A DNA stretch of 64,000 nucleotides from Candidatus Nanoarchaeia archaeon (GTDB lineage Archaea > Nanobdellota > Nanobdellia > Woesearchaeales > SKIA01): contig JANQNG010000051.1 of the NCBI GenBank assembly GCA_028279685.1, forward strand, positions 9 to 64,008, given 5' to 3'. Of this stretch, positions 8,842 through 16,109 are shown in pieces; position 1 is the stretch's first letter; the number at the start of each line of letters is the position of its first letter. The notes under the pieces were generated by a model. That model did not search any database. It saw only the letters and a program-made list of their open reading frames with translations, and was not told the origin of the DNA. Position numbers and translations under genes: made by a program.

Positions 8842-10209
8842 ATGGATACGTTAGCAACAATAATCAGATCAATCAATGGAAATACTCCAGATCCTGAAGA
8901 GGTAACTCTTGAAGAACTCCCCATAGATTATAAAGAATTTTGTGATCAACTCATAGAATCTACTGCAAAAACATTAGATCTTTCTTTAAAAAGAAATAAA
9001 TTTCTCCATACAAGCAACGATGATGCATTAATTCCAAATGCCGCAAAATATATCAAATCAGCCATTATTAATATGCAGAAGAATTCATTAATTCCAGAAC
9101 TAAAAATTGGGGAAAAAGTAAGGCCAGTTCAACTTCTAGGGTTTGATGTTGAAAATCCTGATAAAGAAACGTATTATTATGGAGGAGACACTGATGATAT
9201 TCCTTTAGGCATAGAAGCTTTTGTAGCAGAAATTCCTACGAAAGAAAGAATAAAAGTGATCATAAAAAATGGAAAGCAATCTAAGATATGGCAATTACAC
9301 CCTAATGAAATAGAAACAACAAGCGAGAATATTTACTCTGCCTTGATGGAAAGTAATCGTATTGAAACATCACTTAGTGAAGATGTGAAGAAATTATTCC
9401 CTGGATTTATTCACAGAGCCAAAATTCTTGTTGATAGTAGTTATGCTCTCTCAAAATCATTTGTTCCTTTAGATATTGAGATGCCAAAAGCACTCGCACC
9501 CTTCTCCATTTACACTAGTTCTCTTGAACAACAACTTATTGAAAAATATGGAAGGCCAGATATCAGCAAACTTAAATTACGATGCAAGATAGATGAAGCA
9601 GAAGAAAAAAATTGCAATACCGCTGTTCCAGGATTCAAATATAGAAGAGATTACCAGCATCTCGCAAAAGCATTCAAAGGACTCAAGACTCCTTGCTCAA
9701 TGCACGTTCACTCTCTTGATGAGTTAAAGATGCATATTTCAATTGTTTACCAGATTGCATTCAATCATTATGTCCTCGGTAAATCTACAGCAATGCAAGG
9801 AAGATTTCCCAATAATTGCTGTGGAGAGTCAGGAGGAAATATGTTTAATTCATTATTGAATTTTGGATATGTCAATACCTTTAAAATGAGCAGCAATAAT
9901 GATCATTGTTATGTATCACTTCCTTTTGTCCTTGATGGAGTTGGAGGTTGTGTTGTTTGCGACCCTACTTCCAATCAGATGTGGCATAAATTAAAGATTG
10001 CTCCTAGAAATGCAGTTTTTATTATGTTAGGACCAGATTTTGAATACAAAACACATTGGCATGGTGGTGTTGATCTTATTCCAGGATCTTGCAATTATAT
10101 CTCAATAGAGAATAATCATGCTTCAACAAAGAATGGAGAAATAAGAAAATCATTGGAAAACGCTTACAATAATCCTGTCAGATTATTCAATCGAAATGAT
10201 ATTCTCTGA
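8842..10209 (+). CDS. hypothetical protein with C-terminal papain/transglutaminase-fold Cys-His-Asp core
   Basis: NNCCGESGGNMFNSLLNFGY...NNDHCYVSLPF...GGCVVCDPTSNQ (Cys326/327, His355, Asp374). This has the order and spacing typical of transglutaminase-like cysteine peptidase cores. Divergently transcribed from the E1/JAB operon. Confidence 0.55.
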   Translation: MDTLATIIRSINGNTPDPEEVTLEELPIDYKEFCDQLIESTAKTLDLSLKRNKFLHTSNDDALIPNAAKYIKSAIINMQKNSLIPELKIGEKVRPVQLLGFDVENPDKETYYYGGDTDDIPLGIEAFVAEIPTKERIKVIIKNGKQSKIWQLHPNEIETTSENIYSALMESNRIETSLSEDVKKLFPGFIHRAKILVDSSYALSKSFVPLDIEMPKALAPFSIYTSSLEQQLIEKYGRPDISKLKLRCKIDEAEEKNCNTAVPGFKYRRDYQHLAKAFKGLKTPCSMHVHSLDELKMHISIVYQIAFNHYVLGKSTAMQGRFPNNCCGESGGNMFNSLLNFGYVNTFKMSSNNDHCYVSLPFVLDGVGGCVVCDPTSNQMWHKLKIAPRNAVFIMLGPDFEYKTHWHGGVDLIPGSCNYISIENNHASTKNGEIRKSLENAYNNPVRLFNRNDIL

Positions 10210-10255
10210 GCAATTTAGTATTTCTTTTGTAAAAATAAAAGAAAAAAAAGAATAA

Positions 10256-10486
10256 TTATCTTCTACCACAACCACAAGATTTAACTCCGCATTGACCGCC
10301 GCATGTTCCACCGCAGCTACTTCCAGCTCCACACGCTCCTGGTCCACACGTCGGTGCAGAAGCTTCCTGAATAACAGGATTTTCCTCTACTGGTTCTGCC
10401 TGCTCCTGAAATGAAGTATAGGCAAATACTGTACCTGCTATAATCACAACAGCAAACACAACCACCATAATAACTTTCCATTGCAT
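10256..10486 (-). CDS. small membrane-anchored Cys/Gly-rich protein (76 aa)
   Basis: N-terminal TM helix (VIMVVVFAVVIIAGTVFAY), then CGPGACGAGSSCGGTCGGQCGVKSCGCGRR. Strong AAGGAGG SD upstream of the ATG. Confidence 0.6.
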   Translation of the reverse strand: MQWKVIMVVVFAVVIIAGTVFAYTSFQEQAEPVEENPVIQEASAPTCGPGACGAGSSCGGTCGGQCGVKSCGCGRR

Positions 10487-10643
10487 ATTATCATCCTCCT
10501 TTCACCCGGATGTACAAACACAAGCGTTTGTGCCATCTCGAATTGTTTCTAACATTTGTTAAAAGGTAGAAAGATATAATTTTTAGCCATGAAACTGACA
10601 ACCTCTAATCGTTTACATCGTTAAAATTTAGGTAGTAGATCGT

Positions 10644-11156
10644 TTATAGCTTGATTTTGAGATATACTCTATTGGTCTTTCCTTTTTTCTCTTTTTTCAC
10701 AAGATTCTTCTTCTCAAGTCCTGCTAATACAATGCTTAATTTAGATTTATGAAGGTCTGTTCTTAATCTTAGAGTTTGTTGAGAGATTCCATCTTGCTCC
10801 TTAACAGCCCTTATTACTTTCTTCTCATCATCATTAAGCCCTTTAAGCAACATAGAAAACTTCTCTTCCTTAGTCTGATGTTTCTTCTGCTTTTTAAGCG
10901 TAGAAACAATTTCTTTCTGTGATTTTTCAAAGAAAATCAAGTATACTCCTAAAGCAGCAATAATAGCTAAAATAATAACAGATATGATGGTAAGCCAAGG
11001 TGTTTCTTGATCATGAGGACAAAAAGATTCTTCGCCGTCAGTACAACTACAACTAGCATCAGTAGTGTCTGCAATTTGTTGATGAAAAAGAAAAACAAAT
11101 ACTGCTAGAAGAACACAGGCAACAATCAAAATAACCCCTAACTTCTTATTATCCAT
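10644..11156 (-). CDS. membrane-associated winged-helix transcriptional regulator
   Basis: Two TM segments flank a CSCTDGEESFCPHDQE loop. The C-terminal wHTH-like region is DDEKKVIRAVKEQDGISQQTLRLRTDLHKSKLSIVLAGLEKKNLV. Confidence 0.5.
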   Translation of the reverse strand: MDNKKLGVILIVACVLLAVFVFLFHQQIADTTDASCSCTDGEESFCPHDQETPWLTIISVIILAIIAALGVYLIFFEKSQKEIVSTLKKQKKHQTKEEKFSMLLKGLNDDEKKVIRAVKEQDGISQQTLRLRTDLHKSKLSIVLAGLEKKNLVKKEKKGKTNRVYLKIKL

Positions 11157-11181
11157 ATCACCATGACCATCTATCTCTTTA

Positions 11182-12150
11182 TTAAGTTAATGAATCAATT
11201 TGGCCGTTAACTATTCTTCTTAATTCTATTCCTCTTTTGAAAATACCTTCATCGAAATCTCCAGAATTCAAAAATGATGCTTTTACACATGCTTTATTTC
11301 CTGAACATTCAGATATTGCTTCAAAAATAATCTTTCCAGCTTCATAGGGTAATTGATGTGAAGCAGCATGTTCCATTCCTTCAGGAAAAGAATAATATAC
11401 TCCTTCAACTAGTTCTCTCATCACAGGCATTTGTACTGCGTATTGACCATACACAGGAACAGGATAGTTAATTTCTTCTAAACGTGCTAATCCATTTCCC
11501 ATAAAGAAGCTCAAATCTGCTGCAAAAATTGCATCAACACCACTTTCTTTAATCTTTAATACAGGTGTGTAAAGACTATCTCCAATTTCTTGCATAGGAA
11601 TTTCAATAATTTCGCCATCATAAGTTTTTCTGAAACTTTTAGCAAGTGTTTGCGAAAAAGCATTTTGATAATGTACTAATGCAATCTTATCATATTTTTG
11701 CATAGCATTCGCAATGAACATTGCTTCATCTTCTAAGCTATATTGAATTTGAAACATATGCTCTCCACTTATTTCATAGAGTTTATTTGTTGCAGCATAA
11801 GGAATAACCGTTACTACTTTGTCTTTCTTCACCAAAGGAGCAATGGCTTCTTGAGGCGAACCACATGCAGGCCCAATAATAAAATCTACTTTGTCAATCT
11901 CTACAAGTTTATGATACGCAGCTATTGTTTTTGCAGGATCACAAGCAGAATCTTCAAAAATAATATTAAACCCATATGTATTTGCTTCTTCTATTCCTTG
12001 TTTAAATCTTTCACCAAAATCAGCAAAAGGACCACTCAAAGGACCTAAAAATCCTACTTTGATTTCTTCTTCTACAACATTTCCAGTAATAGTACACGAA
12101 GTACATAACAGAATTGCCACAATAGTTATTGCCATAATTATTTTTTTCAT
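11182..12150 (-). CDS. ABC transporter substrate-binding protein, type-1 periplasmic binding fold (LivJ/LivK-like)
   Basis: GFLGPLSGPFADFGERFKQGIEEA..., IIGPACGSPQEA. Signal peptide with a Cys-containing cleavage region. Start moved to Met14 (ATG 12150, GGTGA upstream). Confidence 0.7.
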   Translation of the reverse strand: MKKIIMAITIVAILLCTSCTITGNVVEEEIKVGFLGPLSGPFADFGERFKQGIEEANTYGFNIIFEDSACDPAKTIAAYHKLVEIDKVDFIIGPACGSPQEAIAPLVKKDKVVTVIPYAATNKLYEISGEHMFQIQYSLEDEAMFIANAMQKYDKIALVHYQNAFSQTLAKSFRKTYDGEIIEIPMQEIGDSLYTPVLKIKESGVDAIFAADLSFFMGNGLARLEEINYPVPVYGQYAVQMPVMRELVEGVYYSFPEGMEHAASHQLPYEAGKIIFEAISECSGNKACVKASFLNSGDFDEGIFKRGIELRRIVNGQIDSLT

Positions 12151-12262
12151 CAATATCACCTTCTTTACTATTAAGTAGTACTTTATCATATTTATATTGA
12201 AATGGTCTAAATTCTATCGATATTCAATAAATTTATAAATAATTAATACATATCGCTAATAA

Positions 12263-13309
12263 ATGGCAAAAAAACTAGACAAAAAGGATTTACAAATAAT
12301 GGATATTTTAGCAAGAAATTGCAGGGTTTCTCATACCACTATTGGCAAGGCCATTAAACTATCTAAAGATAGCGTAAGAAACAGAATCAAGAGATTAGAA
12401 GATGAAAAATTTATCACTAACTATGTTACTTTCATCGATATACGAAAATTTGGTTTAGAAAAATATCATATCCACATACGTTTTAATAACACTACAAAAA
12501 ACAAAGATGAAATAATTGCATCATTATGTGATCATCCTTCCGTTAGTTTCGTAAATTCTTTTATTGGAGCTTTTGATATTCAGCTCATTGTTGACACTCA
12601 CGATATATATTCATTTGAACAAGTTAAAGAGGAACTTTTTTCTCTTATGAAAAGTAGTGTTCAAGATTATAGAATATTTTCATGGATTTATGATTTTAAA
12701 TTTGTACATTTAATTCCTGAAACAACATTGCACACTTCTTTTGAAAGAAAATTAGACACCTCTTTTTCAGCATTAACCAAAGATGAATTTGGCACAGGAA
12801 GAACTTTCAAACATGAAGAAATAGATAATCTCGACGTTGAAATAATAGATATTCTTTGTGGTAATCCAAAAAGTACTTTACAAGAAATAGCTTCTCAATT
12901 ACAATCAAATAGAGAAACGATAAAACAAAGAATAACTAATTTAGTGAAAAAAGAAATCATTGTTCATTTTGGAGCAAATCCAGACTTTGATAAATTTGAT
13001 TACTCCATGTATATGCTTCTTTTTAGAACCACTGAAACAGGAGTGAAAGAAGATGTTATTCAAGCAATAAAATCAATGGATAATGTGTTTTATGCAGCCA
13101 AAGTATCGGGAGATTTTAGCATGATTGTCTACATCACCACAAAATCTCCTACAGAAACTAAGCAGGCAGTAGAAAAGCTCAATCAACTCTTTGGAAAAGA
13201 TCTTCTCAGTTCAGACATTTTAGTTGTAGATAAATTCATCAAATATAGGCAATTTCCAGAACATATAAAAGAAATATTACTTTTTGAGGCAAATAAAATC
13301 AAAAAGTAA
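12263..13309 (+). CDS. Lrp/AsnC-family transcriptional regulator, tandem (two HTH + RAM-like units in one chain)
   Basis: LDKKDLQIMDILARNCRVSHTTIGKAIKLSKDSVRNRIKRLEDEKFI, repeated as LDVEIIDILCGNPKSTLQEIASQLQSNRETIKQRITNLVKKEII. Confidence 0.8.
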   Translation: MAKKLDKKDLQIMDILARNCRVSHTTIGKAIKLSKDSVRNRIKRLEDEKFITNYVTFIDIRKFGLEKYHIHIRFNNTTKNKDEIIASLCDHPSVSFVNSFIGAFDIQLIVDTHDIYSFEQVKEELFSLMKSSVQDYRIFSWIYDFKFVHLIPETTLHTSFERKLDTSFSALTKDEFGTGRTFKHEEIDNLDVEIIDILCGNPKSTLQEIASQLQSNRETIKQRITNLVKKEIIVHFGANPDFDKFDYSMYMLLFRTTETGVKEDVIQAIKSMDNVFYAAKVSGDFSMIVYITTKSPTETKQAVEKLNQLFGKDLLSSDILVVDKFIKYRQFPEHIKEILLFEANKIKK

Positions 13310-13357
13310 TAATCAAAAATCTTTTAGGATTTTTGTTTTATTAAAGAAATAAAAAAA

Positions 13358-13984
13358 TTAGCTGTCAAATAAATTGCCAGCATCTGGAGCTACATCTGTT
13401 CCTTCGTCAGCTTCGAACATTTCTGCTTTTTCAAAGCCAAACATATTCGCATACATATTGCTTGGGAACATTCTAACTTTCTTATTCATTGCCTTAACTG
13501 CTTTATTGTAGTTATCTCTTTCTACTTTAATTCTATTTTCAGTTCCTGCGAGCTCATCTTGCAATGACAAGAAACTTTCTGAAGCTTTCAAATTAGGGTA
13601 CTTTTCTACTACGATATTAAGTCCACTAAGCACACTACCCATTGTTTTTGAAGCAGCTTGCATTTGTTCAGGTGTTGTTGCACCAGCAATTGCTTGCTTT
13701 GCTTGTGTAGCTTGACTTCGTAGAGCAGTAATTTGTGTTAATGTTTCTTGTTCGTAATCTCTGTATTCTTGTACTGTGTCAACTAGGTTTGGAATTAAAT
13801 CTGCTCTCCTTTGATAGGCAGTTTGCACATTGCTCCACTTCTCGTTGACAGTTTCATCTGCAGAAACTAATCCATTATAGTTTCCCCACATCAACAACAA
13901 AAATAACACCACCAAAGCACCAATAGCGATTAAAACTATCCATGCAGGATGTAATTTTTTTCCAACAACTTTAGCTTTTTTCAT
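13358..13984 (-). CDS. lemA: LemA family protein
   Basis: N-terminal TM plus NGLVSADETVNEKWSNVQTAYQRRADLIPNLVDTV, a characteristic LemA signature. Confidence 0.9.
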   Translation of the reverse strand: MKKAKVVGKKLHPAWIVLIAIGALVVLFLLLMWGNYNGLVSADETVNEKWSNVQTAYQRRADLIPNLVDTVQEYRDYEQETLTQITALRSQATQAKQAIAGATTPEQMQAASKTMGSVLSGLNIVVEKYPNLKASESFLSLQDELAGTENRIKVERDNYNKAVKAMNKKVRMFPSNMYANMFGFEKAEMFEADEGTDVAPDAGNLFDS

Positions 13985-14220
13985 CTTTTCACCTTTTTTG
14001 ATTTTGATTTTTTCTTGACTTTCTTAGCCTTTTTAGCTTTTGTGAATTTCTTTTTTGCTAGTGCATTAAGCTTCTGTAGCTCCCCATCATCAAGCCACAT
14101 ACCACCACATACTTCACATACGTCGATTAGAACGTTTTCCTTTTTTAATTTTCTCATATAACCATGTCCTCGAGGACACTTCAACAATTTTTCTCCATGT
14201 ACTTTTTTTGACCAAAACAT
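13981..14220 (-). CDS. zinc-ribbon protein (TFIIB-type zf, COG3809-like) with Lys-rich tail
   Basis: CPRGHG...CEVCGGMWLDDGELQKL. Overlaps the lemA start by 4 nt. Confidence 0.6.
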   Translation of the reverse strand: MFWSKKVHGEKLLKCPRGHGYMRKLKKENVLIDVCEVCGGMWLDDGELQKLNALAKKKFTKAKKAKKVKKKSKSKKVKR

Positions 14221-14225
14221 TCAGA

Positions 14226-15041
14226 TCACCTTTTGATAGTTTTTTTGATAATTTTCTGGCAATATTCTTTTCTTTTCAATAAGTCGCTTTCCCACAGTCT
14301 AATCACAACATATCCTTCTTTAATAAGTTTTTTATTTGCTATTTTGTCCCTTTTTATGTTTTTTATCTGAGCCTCTGTCTTAGGTTTTTCATAAATAGAA
14401 GGATTTGCATGCCAATAATCCCCATCCGCGAACAAGACAAAATTAGGCTTCACAAAAGCATCTGCTTGGCAAATATTACCTATCGGTTTATGTCTTTTAT
14501 AAGAAATATTTAGATTTTCCAAAATATCATAAAGAATTACCTCAATACTCGTTAATTTTTTAGGAAATATTTGTTTAAGTCTTGCTTTTCTTATTGCTTG
14601 AATTGTTTCTTCTGAATAAACTCCTTTTTTCCCAATATTCCAAGGCATCATTCCTTTCTTAAACTGAGTTTTTCTTACTTTTTTCTTCACTTCAGGATTT
14701 GCCATGGCTTTTTTTGTACTTTTAGAAACTTTTTTCTTGTATTCTTCACTTAACTCCATTCCTTTATTCCATGCTTTAACTAAACCTTTTGTTCCTGTAT
14801 TCCATGGCTTTGTTCCTTTCTTAAATTCTGTGTTGGGAGATCGTCTTTTTCCAACATGCCAACTTCCTAAAGAATAAGAAGGGATATTGAATTTCTTTTT
14901 GTAATAATATAATGTTTCATAAGGTATCCCTGTTTCCTTGCTAATTTGTACAAAAGATTTTCTTTTTTCTCTATATTCGCAGACTAAAAACTCTTTTGTT
15001 ATATTCCATTTATTTGATTGATTTTTACTTTTTTTATTCAT
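14226..15041 (-). CDS. Vsr/DUF559-fold endonuclease fused to NUMOD3-like DNA-binding repeats and an N-terminal HTH (homing-endonuclease-like)
   Basis: C-terminus: VLFADGDYWHANP...IKRDKIANKKLIKEGYVVIRLWESDL (Vsr-like D-G-x-x-W-H ... R-D ... W-E). Repeats: GTKPWNTGTKG / AWNKGMELSEEYKKKVS / GMMPWNIGKKGVYSEETIQAIRKA. Start set at Met36 (ATG 15041, GGAGA upstream). Confidence 0.65.
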   Translation of the reverse strand: MNKKSKNQSNKWNITKEFLVCEYREKRKSFVQISKETGIPYETLYYYKKKFNIPSYSLGSWHVGKRRSPNTEFKKGTKPWNTGTKGLVKAWNKGMELSEEYKKKVSKSTKKAMANPEVKKKVRKTQFKKGMMPWNIGKKGVYSEETIQAIRKARLKQIFPKKLTSIEVILYDILENLNISYKRHKPIGNICQADAFVKPNFVLFADGDYWHANPSIYEKPKTEAQIKNIKRDKIANKKLIKEGYVVIRLWESDLLKRKEYCQKIIKKTIKR

Positions 15042-15191
15042 ATCATATCTCCTATGAAGCTTTGTAAATAACTTTCTCAATATGAGAAAATTATAATTTG
15101 AAAGCTGAATATTTTTCGAGTAAGCTGAATAGAAAAAGTTTACCAATCAATATAAACATAACTTAAGCAAATGTCTAGTGAATATAAGAAT

Positions 15192-15935
15192 TTACCACCC
15201 AGATCCTGCGCCCCCACCACCAAATCCTCCTCCGCCGAAGCCACCAAAGCCTCCGCCAGAGAATCCTCCTGAACCTCCTCTTCCACCGAAGAGCATGCCT
15301 GCCATCATAGCAGTCATAAATAAATCATCATCATTTCTTTTTTCTCCTTTTTTCATTTGCTTTTTTCTTCTAAAAGAAGAACTCATCATAATTATTAAAA
15401 GAACAATCCAAAAAATCATATTAGTTGGAATGCCACTTGATTTTTCTTCAACAGGATAATATTCTGAATCTATATTTTCAGTTAAAACAGCATTCACGGA
15501 TAATACTGCTTCATAAATTCCTTTACCATATTCTTCGTTTCTAAAATTTTCAACTAAATATGTTCTTCCTATACGTCCAATCTTTGCATCATTAAGATAA
15601 GGCTCTAATCCTCGACCAACATGAAATCTATACTGACGTTCATCAATTGCAATCAGTAATAACAAACCATTATCTTTCTCTGCATCTCCTATCTTTCCAT
15701 CTGCTAGCTCCTGAGCATAATTGAAAATATCCTTTCCTTCTAAAGACTGCACGGTTACAACAGCAAATTGCGCAACATTCCCTTTGTACAATCCATCTAG
15801 AATAGCGTAAATATTGGCCTTGTATTCAGCATTAATCACGCCAGCATTATCATTGACTAAATCAGTAACTTCGTCAGCTAACACAGAAGTCAATAGAAGA
15901 ATCATCAATATCCCCAATATCCATAAAAACCTCAT
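15192..15935 (-). CDS. TPM-domain (DUF477) protein with TM segment and Gly-rich C-terminal tail
   Basis: Signal peptide, then DNAGVINAEY..., QFAVVTVQSLEG, DNGLLLLIAIDERQYRFHVGRGLE, and a GGFGGGGFGGGG tail. Confidence 0.85.
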   Translation of the reverse strand: MRFLWILGILMILLLTSVLADEVTDLVNDNAGVINAEYKANIYAILDGLYKGNVAQFAVVTVQSLEGKDIFNYAQELADGKIGDAEKDNGLLLLIAIDERQYRFHVGRGLEPYLNDAKIGRIGRTYLVENFRNEEYGKGIYEAVLSVNAVLTENIDSEYYPVEEKSSGIPTNMIFWIVLLIIMMSSSFRRKKQMKKGEKRNDDDLFMTAMMAGMLFGGRGGSGGFSGGGFGGFGGGGFGGGGAGSGW

Positions 15936-16109
15936 AATTTGTCCAATATATGATTATTTATATAGTTTTAGGAGGAATATATCACTACAACAAACCTTGC
16001 AGTCTTCACAAAGTATATTAATAAGCTAATACTTGTTGAACAGATGAACAATATTGAGGTGAACCGAACGCTTGCGTTCGTCCAACCGAATGAAAGGAGG
16101 TTGATAAAC

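Noticed and set aside
10256-10486. Reading the Cys/Gly-rich 76-aa product as a SCIFF/ranthipeptide-type RiPP precursor
   Set aside because: No radical-SAM or other maturase gene is adjacent, and the N-terminus is a TM anchor rather than a leader peptide. It is kept only as an unexplained Cys-rich protein.
15178-15459. Pro-rich 93-aa plus-strand ORF (PPPPNPPPPKPPKPPP...)
   Set aside because: It is a mirror image of the Gly-rich (GGFGGGG) tail of the TPM-domain gene on the minus strand, whose product has clear family motifs.
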